From Microbacteriaceae bacterium (GTDB lineage Bacteria > Actinomycetota > Actinomycetes > Actinomycetales > Microbacteriaceae), in contig JAODME010000037.1 of NCBI GenBank assembly GCA_025465095.1, positions 27,137 through 91,136 of the forward strand: 64,000 nt of DNA, given 5' to 3'. Each line of letters starts with the position of its first letter. Positions within the stretch are counted from its first letter, which is position 1. The notes under the pieces were generated by a model. The model was not told the DNA's origin. It worked only from the letters and a program-made list of their open reading frames with translations, and did not search any database. The position numbers were made by a program, and so were the translations under genes. Of this stretch, positions 57,263 through 64,000 are shown one piece after another.

Positions 57263-58459
57263 ATGAACGAGTCCACACTCCTGCTCGTCGAGGTGGGAGC
57301 GCTACTACTGGGACTCGGTTTCCTCTCACGCCTCGCCAATAGGTTCGGTTTCTCTCCCATACCGCTCTACCTCCTCGCCGGCCTCGCGTTCGGCGACGGC
57401 GGCGCGATTCCGCTCTCGGCGAGCGAGGAGTTCTTCGAAATAGGGAGCGAGATCGGAGTGATCCTGCTTCTCGCTATGCTCGGCCTCGAATACACGGCCA
57501 GCGAGCTCGTGACGAACCTCAAACGTTCCCGAGCGGCAGGCATCACCGACGCCCTGCTCAACGCCTTGCCAGGAGCCGCTTTCGCCCTCTTGCTCGGCTG
57601 GGGGCCGGTCGCCGCCGTCGCTCTTGCCGGAATCACCTGGGTGTCATCATCCGGCGTGATCGCGAAAGTCCTCCGGGACCTGAAGCGGCTCGGAAACCGC
57701 GAGACCCCGACGATCCTGTCGATCCTCGTCATCGAGGACCTGGCCATGGCGTTCTACCTGCCGGTGCTGTCAGCACTGGTCATCGGCGCCGGTTTCCTGG
57801 CCGGCGCAACAGCCCTTGTCATCGCCGTGCTGGTCGTGTCCGCAATCCTGTTCCTTGCCCTGCGCTACGGGCGCGTGATCTCGGCACTGTTCGCGCCCCA
57901 CCACGCTGAATCGCTGCTCCTCGGTGTTCTCGGCCTCACCATGCTCGTCGCGGGCTTCGCCCAACAGGTGAGCGTGTCCGCCGCGGTGGGCGCGTTTCTC
58001 GTCGGAATCGCGCTGTCCGGCCCGGTCGCGCACAACGCGCGACAACTGCTCTCACCGCTGCGCGACCTGTTCGCGGCCGTCTTCTTCGTCTTCTTCGGCC
58101 TCGCGACAGATCCGAGCGACATCATCCCGGTACTGGTTCCCGCCACGTTCCTGGCCGTGTTGACGATGTCCACGAAGACCCTCACCGGGTACCGTGCCGC
58201 GGCCCGGGCGGGAATCGGGGTGCCGGGGCGCTGGCGCACCGGGTTCACGCTCATCCCCCGCGGCGAGTTCTCGATCGTGATCGCCGGACTGGCGGTGAGC
58301 GCGGGGGTCGAACCGCAGCTCGCGCCGCTTGCGACCGCTTATGTGCTGATCACGGTGATTTCCGGCCCGCTGCTCGCGCGACTCCCAGAGGCCCGCTGGT
58401 TCCGGAGCGCCATCGGGCGGCAGGCTGCGAGCGAGTTCGCGCGCCGCAAAGCGGCCTGA
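57263..58459 (+). CDS. CPA2-family cation:proton antiporter (Kef/KhtU-like membrane subunit)
   Basis: About 12 TM segments, LGLEYTASEL, LIPRGEFSIVIA. Confidence 0.8.
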   Translation: MNESTLLLVEVGALLLGLGFLSRLANRFGFSPIPLYLLAGLAFGDGGAIPLSASEEFFEIGSEIGVILLLAMLGLEYTASELVTNLKRSRAAGITDALLNALPGAAFALLLGWGPVAAVALAGITWVSSSGVIAKVLRDLKRLGNRETPTILSILVIEDLAMAFYLPVLSALVIGAGFLAGATALVIAVLVVSAILFLALRYGRVISALFAPHHAESLLLGVLGLTMLVAGFAQQVSVSAAVGAFLVGIALSGPVAHNARQLLSPLRDLFAAVFFVFFGLATDPSDIIPVLVPATFLAVLTMSTKTLTGYRAAARAGIGVPGRWRTGFTLIPRGEFSIVIAGLAVSAGVEPQLAPLATAYVLITVISGPLLARLPEARWFRSAIGRQAASEFARRKAA

Positions 58460-58488
58460 CCTCGCGCAACGCGGCCTGACCTCGCGCT
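58449..58488 (+). repeat. 2 x 20-bp tandem duplication spanning the antiporter stop codon
   Basis: aagcggcctgacctcgcgca / acgcggcctgacctcgcgct, 18 of 20 identical. Confidence 0.85.
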
Positions 58489-58495
58489 GGACCGC

Positions 58496-58759
58496 TCAGC
58501 CCTTGAGCTTCTCGTAAATCTCCTTGCAGGTGGGGCATACCGGGAACTTCTGCGGGTCTCGGCCCGGAAGCCACACCTTGCCGCAGAGGGCGATGACCGG
58601 CTTTCCGCTCAGCGCCGACTGAAGGATCTTCTCCTTCTGCACATAGTGGGAGAAGCGCTCGTGGTCACCCTCCTCAAGCTGCTCCTGGTTGAGGAGTTCT
58701 TCGAGTTCCCGGTCGAGGGTCGACGTTCCGCCGCCGCCCTCCTGAGTGTCACTGGCCAT
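58496..58759 (-). CDS. DUF3039-like small conserved actinobacterial protein
   Basis: HERFSHYVQKEKILQSALSGKPVIALCGKVWLPGRDPQKFPVCPTCKEIYEKL (C...C-P-x-C pattern). Confidence 0.6.
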   Translation of the reverse strand: MASDTQEGGGGTSTLDRELEELLNQEQLEEGDHERFSHYVQKEKILQSALSGKPVIALCGKVWLPGRDPQKFPVCPTCKEIYEKLKG

Positions 58760-58782
58760 GGCTCAATGCTAGTTGCCGGATG

Positions 58783-60354
58783 TCAGTTGCGCTGCGTGAA
58801 TGCCAGCAGCTCCGGCCCCCGGCGCTCGAAGGTCTTGCCGCCGAGCCGCACACCGAGGACGAGCGCCGTGAGGCCGACTGCGAGCCCGGTGACGAGCGAG
58901 AGGGCGGGGAGCGTCTCCCTCTCGACCAGACCGAACAGGCCGATCAGAAGCGACGGGACCGTCAGCAGGACGGTCGCCAGAAAAGCGATCGACTGCACGA
59001 GAGAGGCAGCTCCCCCGCTCGCCTGAGGCTGCGTGAACGGGCTGTCGCCGGGACGGACCGCCGGATAGGGAAAGCGCGCCGACAGCAGGCTTGAGAGTCC
59101 GAGCCCGGAGAGCAAGATGCAGGCGGACACTCCGATCACCGACGGCAGGGCGCTCCAGTCACCATAGAGCGCCGCGGTGATCGGGGCGCCGACCGCGATG
59201 AGCACGGCCCCCAGCAGCAGCACGGGAATGATCCTCCCTAGCCGATCGGCGACCCCCGACACATTGGAGGCGACGTGCAACCAGATCGCGGTGTTGTCGT
59301 AAGCGACATCGTTGTGCACTGACCAGCTCAGAAAGAGGCACATGATCGGCAGCGGGAGCAGTGCCAGATTCTGCCAGTACACTCCCCCGAGCAGGAACAC
59401 GACGACCATCAGCATCGGCACGATGGGAACGATGACGAGTTGCACCCGGTAGCGAGCATCCCGCAGCCAATAGGTGAAGCTGCGCGCCGCGATCGCCCCG
59501 AGCGGTGTGGCGGGCAGCCGGTCGAACCAGCCGAGACTCGTGTAGGTCCTTGAGCGGCCCTCCCGCGGTGGCGTCACGAGCATGGTGGCGACGAGCGCCC
59601 GCCAGGCGGCCCACAGGAGCGCCGCGAACACGATCGCGAGGAAGAACTTCTGAATCGCGACACTCGCGTTGCCCGTCGCCGCGTCGGCGGGAGCCGCCCA
59701 GGCCGCTCCGAGGGGCGTCCAGCTCACGAAATCCACGATTCTGGTCAGGGCCGCCAGCCCGTCGCTCGCCCAATTCACGCTCGCAAGGAGCGCGATAGCG
59801 GGCGACACGGCGACCAGTGCGACTAAGGCCACGAGTCCGGTGATCTCGCGCGCCCGGCGCGTCGACAGGAGGAATGCGGCAAGCGAGGTCGTCACCCGTG
59901 CGCCGAGCACGCAGGTCACGACGATGAGCACAGCGCTGAGGAGGGAGAGGAAGGTGGGCAGCGCCCCGCGGCTCCAGGTGACGACCTGTGCAAGTCCGAC
60001 GAGAATGACCGCCAGGCTCGGAATGCTGACGAGCGCGGTGAGGGCGAGCAGGGCTGCAAGCTTCGACGTCGAGATGCCGAACAGGCTGAACTTTCGAGGA
60101 TCCAGCGTGTCATCCACACCGAAAGCGAGGGGCACGACCAGGAAGCCGGCCACAATGAGCGAACCGGCGGCGATGACGATGACGCGCGCGACCTCCGGGT
60201 CCACGAATCGAAGTCCCACAAGCCCGATCACCGCGAAGCTGGCGGCACCGAGCCCGTAGAGCAGGGCGATGAGCATTCCGACGATCTGCCACGGGCTGCG
60301 CTTGAACGTGTTCGCGAGCAGCCGGAGCTTCAGTCCGAGAAACTGTGCAACCAC
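58783..60354 (-). CDS. large polytopic ABC-2-type transporter permease
   Basis: More than 10 hydrophobic segments. GTG-60354 (VVAQFLGLKLRLLANTFKRSPWQ) overlaps the ATPase 3' end by 25 nt. The longer track ORF is an Arg-rich artefact inside the ATPase gene. Confidence 0.65.
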   Translation of the reverse strand: MVAQFLGLKLRLLANTFKRSPWQIVGMLIALLYGLGAASFAVIGLVGLRFVDPEVARVIVIAAGSLIVAGFLVVPLAFGVDDTLDPRKFSLFGISTSKLAALLALTALVSIPSLAVILVGLAQVVTWSRGALPTFLSLLSAVLIVVTCVLGARVTTSLAAFLLSTRRAREITGLVALVALVAVSPAIALLASVNWASDGLAALTRIVDFVSWTPLGAAWAAPADAATGNASVAIQKFFLAIVFAALLWAAWRALVATMLVTPPREGRSRTYTSLGWFDRLPATPLGAIAARSFTYWLRDARYRVQLVIVPIVPMLMVVVFLLGGVYWQNLALLPLPIMCLFLSWSVHNDVAYDNTAIWLHVASNVSGVADRLGRIIPVLLLGAVLIAVGAPITAALYGDWSALPSVIGVSACILLSGLGLSSLLSARFPYPAVRPGDSPFTQPQASGGAASLVQSIAFLATVLLTVPSLLIGLFGLVERETLPALSLVTGLAVGLTALVLGVRLGGKTFERRGPELLAFTQRN

Positions 60355-61844
60355 TCCATGCCCTCCGCTGCCTTGCGCCCGCCGGCGAGGGCTACGAATC
60401 GGTCCTCGAGGGTCGCGCCGGCACGCACGTCCTCCATCGTTCCGTGGGCGAGAAGCTCGCCCCGCACGACGATCGCGACCGAGTCGCAGATGCGCTGGAT
60501 CAGGTCCATGCTGTGACTCGAGAGCACAACGGTGCCGCCCGCGGCGGCATACTTCTGCAGGATCTCGATGACGTTGGCCGCGGACACCGGGTCGACAGCC
60601 TCGAACGGCTCGTCGAGGATGAGTATGCGCGGCGAGTGGATCATGGCGGCCGCGAGCGCGATCTTCTTGCTCATGCCCGCGGAGTAGTCGGTGACGAGCC
60701 GCCCGAGGGCGTCCTCGAGCCCGAAGGCGTTGGCCAGATCCGCCGATCGGGCCGCTACCGTCGCGCGGTCGATGCCGCGGAGGGTGCCGGAGTAGTGCAG
60801 CAACTGCGCGCCAGTGAGGCGGTCGAACAGGCGCAGCCGGTCGGGAAGCACTCCCATGTTGCGCTTGGCAACGACCGGGTCGTTCCACACGTCGGCTCCG
60901 TGCACGAGGATCCGTCCGGCATCGGGGCGCAAAAGACCGGTCACCATCGATAGCGTCGTCGTCTTTCCCGCGCCGTTCGGCCCCACCAACCCGAATATCG
61001 AGCCGGTGTGCACCGTGAGGTCGATCCCAGAGACTGCCACCGTGTCACCGAAGCGCTTGAACAACCTCTCGATGACGAGCACAGTGTCCGGGCGAGCGGA
61101 GGTCGGGGCGGGCTCCGTGACCGTGTCGGCGCCGCGGGGCTCCTTCTGTGCCACGGCGGGGCGGGTCACCTTCACCGGTTCCGGCTGGACTGTAGGCGCG
61201 ACGGCGGATTCGACCACGGCGGGTTGCGTCGGATTCGCCGGCTGGGCGAGGTTCGCGGCCGCTTTTCGCGGAGCCGCGGGGGTCTTCGGTGTGGACTTCG
61301 TGGGCGTGCGCGGCGGCGGCTTCCTCGGAGCCCCGGGCGTCCCAGGCGTCCCCGCGACTTCGGGCGCGACCGGCTCCGGCGCGGCAGCGGCCTTCGAAGC
61401 CGCAGCAGGCTTGCGCGCGGCCGGCTTGATCGCGGCGGGCTTGCTCGCGGCGGGTTTGCTCGCGGCGGGTTTGCTTGCGGCCGGCTTGCGCGCCGCGGGC
61501 TTCCTGGGAGCGACAGGTAGCTTTTCCGTCGCGCCGGCTGCCGGCGCCACAGAGAGGGGTTTTCTGGCGGCGGGCTTCCGCGCGGACCCGGCGGGCTTCT
61601 CTGCGGGGCCTTCGGCACGCGCGGCGGGCTCCGTCACAGGCGCGGCGGCTGGCTTTGCCACTCGCGCGGCGGTCGGCTTCGCCGCCGGCTTTCGCGTCCC
61701 TGTCGCACGGGCGGGCGCTTTCGCGGCGGCCTGCGGAACGGCGATTCCGGTTCCGTCCGATGTCCAGGCCGACGGACCGTCGCCGTCCCGATCCGGGAGC
61801 GCACGCGAGTCCGAAGTCACGTCTGCCCGAGGTTCAAGATCCAC
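60330..61844 (-). CDS. ABC transporter ATP-binding protein (DrrA/ABC-2 type) with ~240-aa Ala/Pro/Lys-rich N-terminal extension
   Basis: Walker A GPNGAGKTT, Q-loop, signature YSAGMSKKIALAAA, Walker B ILILDEPF. N-terminal KPAARKPAASKPAASKPAASKPAAIKPAARKPAA repeats with high third-position GC. GTG-61844 follows a lower-GC 224-nt divergent intergenic region. Confidence 0.8.
   Translation of the reverse strand: MDLEPRADVTSDSRALPDRDGDGPSAWTSDGTGIAVPQAAAKAPARATGTRKPAAKPTAARVAKPAAAPVTEPAARAEGPAEKPAGSARKPAARKPLSVAPAAGATEKLPVAPRKPAARKPAASKPAASKPAASKPAAIKPAARKPAAASKAAAAPEPVAPEVAGTPGTPGAPRKPPPRTPTKSTPKTPAAPRKAAANLAQPANPTQPAVVESAVAPTVQPEPVKVTRPAVAQKEPRGADTVTEPAPTSARPDTVLVIERLFKRFGDTVAVSGIDLTVHTGSIFGLVGPNGAGKTTTLSMVTGLLRPDAGRILVHGADVWNDPVVAKRNMGVLPDRLRLFDRLTGAQLLHYSGTLRGIDRATVAARSADLANAFGLEDALGRLVTDYSAGMSKKIALAAAMIHSPRILILDEPFEAVDPVSAANVIEILQKYAAAGGTVVLSSHSMDLIQRICDSVAIVVRGELLAHGTMEDVRAGATLEDRFVALAGGRKAAEGMEWLHSFSD
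61402..61506 (-). repeat. about 7 x 15-nt in-frame tandem repeat encoding (K/R)PAA(S/A/I) units
   Basis: Plus strand: gcggcgggcttgctc gcggcgggtttgctc gcggcgggtttgctt gcggccggcttgcgc, and so on. Confidence 0.8.
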
Positions 61845-62068
61845 GGGTCCACCGTACCAACGCGCGGCGAGGAGCCGAGAGCGCTACCCGAATTGCGTCA
61901 CGAAACGGACACAGTGAGTCGAGGTCCCCTCCCGAAATGGGCTCACCCCCGGTAGTCTGTAGGAGCACAATGAGGTGTCTATACCCGAGCAACGAGCTGA
62001 ACAGCAGGTAAACCACACTTAGCGCCTCACTCTCTTGACTCGTCAACGGACCCCTGAGGAGACAAATC

Positions 62069-62761
62069 GTGAGCACGCAGATCGTAATCCTGGCGGCAGG
62101 TATGGGCAGCAGGCTCGGCCGCTCCCTGCCGAAGCCGCTGACCGAACTCAGCGACGGCCGCACCATCATGCAGCAGCAGTTCGACAACATCAGCCACGCG
62201 TTCGGCTCGGCCGCCCAGGTCACCATCGTCGTCGGCTACAAGCTCGAGCACATCATCGAGGCGTTTCCCCAGGCATCGTTCGTCTACAACGAGCAGTACG
62301 ACCAGACCAACACCTCCAAGAGCCTCATGCGCGCGCTGCGTGCATCCGCTCCGGGTGGCGTGCTCTGGATGAACGGTGACGTCGTGTTCGACCCCGAGGC
62401 GCTAGAGCGAGCAGCGAGAATGGTTGCCCGCGACCAGTCATTCGTGTCGGTCAACACCGCCAAGGTGTCAGACGAAGAGGTCAAGTACACGACCGACGCC
62501 GAAGGCTACATCCGTGAACTCTCCAAGACCGTCAAGAACGGACTAGGCGAGGCGGTAGGCATCAACTACGTCTCCCGCGACCACAAGGCGGCCCTCGTGC
62601 GCCAGCTCGCCCGCGTCGGCGACCAGGACTACTTCGAGCGTGGCATCGAACTGGCTATCGCCGAGGACAAGCTACGATTTGAGCCGATAGACATCTCCGA
62701 CCTCTACGCCGTAGAAATTGACTTCGCTGAGGACCTCGAGAGGGCCAACCTCTACGTCTGA
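62069..62761 (+). CDS. nucleotidyltransferase (LicC/phosphocholine- or sugar-phosphate cytidylyltransferase-like)
   Basis: N-terminal IVILAAGMGSRLGRSLPKPL signature (GxGxR ... K). About 230 aa. Precedes the tagG/tagH-like genes. Confidence 0.65.
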   Translation: MSTQIVILAAGMGSRLGRSLPKPLTELSDGRTIMQQQFDNISHAFGSAAQVTIVVGYKLEHIIEAFPQASFVYNEQYDQTNTSKSLMRALRASAPGGVLWMNGDVVFDPEALERAARMVARDQSFVSVNTAKVSDEEVKYTTDAEGYIRELSKTVKNGLGEAVGINYVSRDHKAALVRQLARVGDQDYFERGIELAIAEDKLRFEPIDISDLYAVEIDFAEDLERANLYV

Positions 62762-62804
62762 TGCCGGGTTCCGGGATGTCTCCGTCGTAGAGGATCCCGC
62801 ACTC

Positions 62805-63617
62805 GTGACTGCCGCTCTCCCCGCTGGTCCGAGTTGGCCGGCGCGCCGCCGGTCTGGCTGGGACCGTTACCGGCACTCGCTCTGGCTGCTCACGACACGC
62901 GATCTCCGGGTGCGCTACTCGACGTCGTCGCTCGGCTACTTCTGGTCAATCCTCGACCCACTCGTGATGGCGGCAATCTACTGGTTCGTCTTCACCCAGG
63001 TCTTCGATCGCTCAGTCGGCCAGGACCCGTACATCGTGTTCCTGCTCTCGGCGCTGCTGCCGTGGATGTGGTTCAACGGTGCGATCTCGGACTGCACACG
63101 TGCGTTCCTTCGGGAGGCGAAGCTGATCCGCTCCACCAAGATCCCGCGCACAATCTGGGTGAATCGCCTCGTGCTGTCGAAGGGCATCGAATTCACGCTG
63201 AGCATCCCGGTGATCGCCGCCTTCGCGGTCTGGACGGGAGCGACCCTGCACTGGGAGGCCTTCTGGGCGCTCCTCGCGATCGTCCTGCAGGCCGCGCTGC
63301 TCGTCGGCATCGGCCTCGTCGTCGCCCCGCTCGTCGTCTTCTTCCGCGACCTCGAGCGCGCCGTGAAACTGGCCCTGCGCTTCCTGTTCTACGCCTCCCC
63401 CATCATCTACAGCCTGCGCGACCTCCCGGAGGGAGTGCACTTCTGGGCGGCGTTCAACCCGCTAGCCGGAATCTTCTCGCTCTATCGAGGCGCGTTCTTC
63501 CCATCCGAGCTCGATTGGTATGCCGTCGCGATCAGCGCGGTCCTTTGCCTGGCGATCCTCGGGCTGGGCCTGGTGGTGTTCTCCCGCGTGGAGCGAGCCG
63601 TACTGAAGGAGATCTGA
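62805..63617 (+). CDS. ABC-2 type polysaccharide/teichoic-acid export permease (TagG/Wzm-like)
   Basis: LLTTRDLRVRYSTSSLGYFWSILDPL N-terminal ABC-2 motif and 6 TM segments. Start is GTG-62805 or TTG-62718. Confidence 0.75.
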   Translation: MTAALPAGPSWPARRRSGWDRYRHSLWLLTTRDLRVRYSTSSLGYFWSILDPLVMAAIYWFVFTQVFDRSVGQDPYIVFLLSALLPWMWFNGAISDCTRAFLREAKLIRSTKIPRTIWVNRLVLSKGIEFTLSIPVIAAFAVWTGATLHWEAFWALLAIVLQAALLVGIGLVVAPLVVFFRDLERAVKLALRFLFYASPIIYSLRDLPEGVHFWAAFNPLAGIFSLYRGAFFPSELDWYAVAISAVLCLAILGLGLVVFSRVERAVLKEI

Positions 63618-64000
63618 TGACCCTGCGCGAGGTGGTCGCGACACCGGTCGTGCATCCGGTCATCCGGGTGACAGATGCCGGCATCCGGTTCCGCCGCAAC
63701 CGGCGGGCACGCAAGAGCATCAAGGACCTCTTCTCGAGGCGTCGCCGTCGACTCCGCTCGGACGAATTCTGGCCCCTTCGCAACGTCTCCTTCGATGTCG
63801 CACCCGGAGAGGCGATCGGCGTGGTGGGCCGCAATGGGCAGGGCAAATCGACGCTGTTGAAACTGGTCGCGGAAGTCATCCTTCCCGACGAGGGCGCGGT
63901 GCGTGTCGGGGCGGGAGTCGCGCCCCTGATCGAGATCACCGGCGGGTTCGTCGACGACCTCTCCGTGCGGGACAACGTATTCCTGACCGCCGGACTGCAC
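63617..64000 (+). CDS. polysaccharide/teichoic-acid export ATP-binding protein (TagH/Wzt-like), 3'-truncated by the window
   Basis: My own translation: MTLREVVATPVVHPVIRVTDAGIRFRRN...FWPLRNVSFDVAPGEAIGVVGRNGQGKSTLLKL (Walker A). ATG-63617 overlaps the permease stop (TGATG). It is absent from the track because no stop lies inside the window. Confidence 0.75.
   Translation, partial: MTLREVVATPVVHPVIRVTDAGIRFRRNRRARKSIKDLFSRRRRRLRSDEFWPLRNVSFDVAPGEAIGVVGRNGQGKSTLLKLVAEVILPDEGAVRVGAGVAPLIEITGGFVDDLSVRDNVFLTAGLH

Noticed and set aside
1-64000. CRISPR arrays, IS elements, prophage, toxin-antitoxin or known defence-system genes.
   Set aside because: No regularly spaced repeats, transposase, integrase, reverse transcriptase, nuclease-helicase or small paired-ORF signatures were seen on either strand. 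The only tandem repeats are the in-frame 15-mers at 61402-61506 and the 20-bp duplication at 58449-58488.

Overview
Visibly high-GC actinobacterial chromosomal DNA. Gene order and the tmRNA tag look Micrococcales/Microbacteriaceae-like, but the taxon cannot be proven from this window. I support about 58 protein genes, one tRNA-Leu(UAG), one tmRNA, three strong intrinsic-terminator hairpins and three repeat features. Most of the window is conserved housekeeping synteny: metX; guaB1 with two CBS/DUF21 genes; kgd; rsrA-sigH / aroA-rsgA-hisN; prfB-ftsE-ftsX-smpB-ssrA; murI-rph; rdgB; pncB. The accessory or unusual patches are listed here. (1) A four-gene signalling module at 1.3-5.2 kb: response regulator, histidine kinase, a translationally coupled degenerate kinase paralogue, and a second paralogous regulator. 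(2) A Gram-positive Tad/Flp-type pilus operon at 30.0-35.7 kb. It contains a 57-aa non-canonical pilin-like ORF that the 60-aa ORF track misses, and it is led by a Cys-rich, internally duplicated lipoprotein where a CpaE/Ssd-type ATPase is usually found. (3) A ~3 kb islet at 35.8-38.8 kb bounded by tRNA-Leu and an imperfect copy of its 3' end. It carries hxlB-hxlA (RuMP formaldehyde fixation) and an unusual regulator that looks like sensor domain + degenerate HK core + LuxR HTH. (4) A ~7 kb block between rdgB and rph (nitroreductase, dctA, dcuS/R-like pair, secreted GH43). (5) An ABC ATPase with a ~240-aa Ala/Pro/Lys repeat N-terminal tail. (6) The start of a wall-glycopolymer export cluster at the right edge. 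No CRISPR array, transposase, integrase or recognisable defence system was seen. All functional calls rest on motif recognition by eye, with no database search. Start codons are often uncertain in this GC-rich DNA; stop coordinates are firm.
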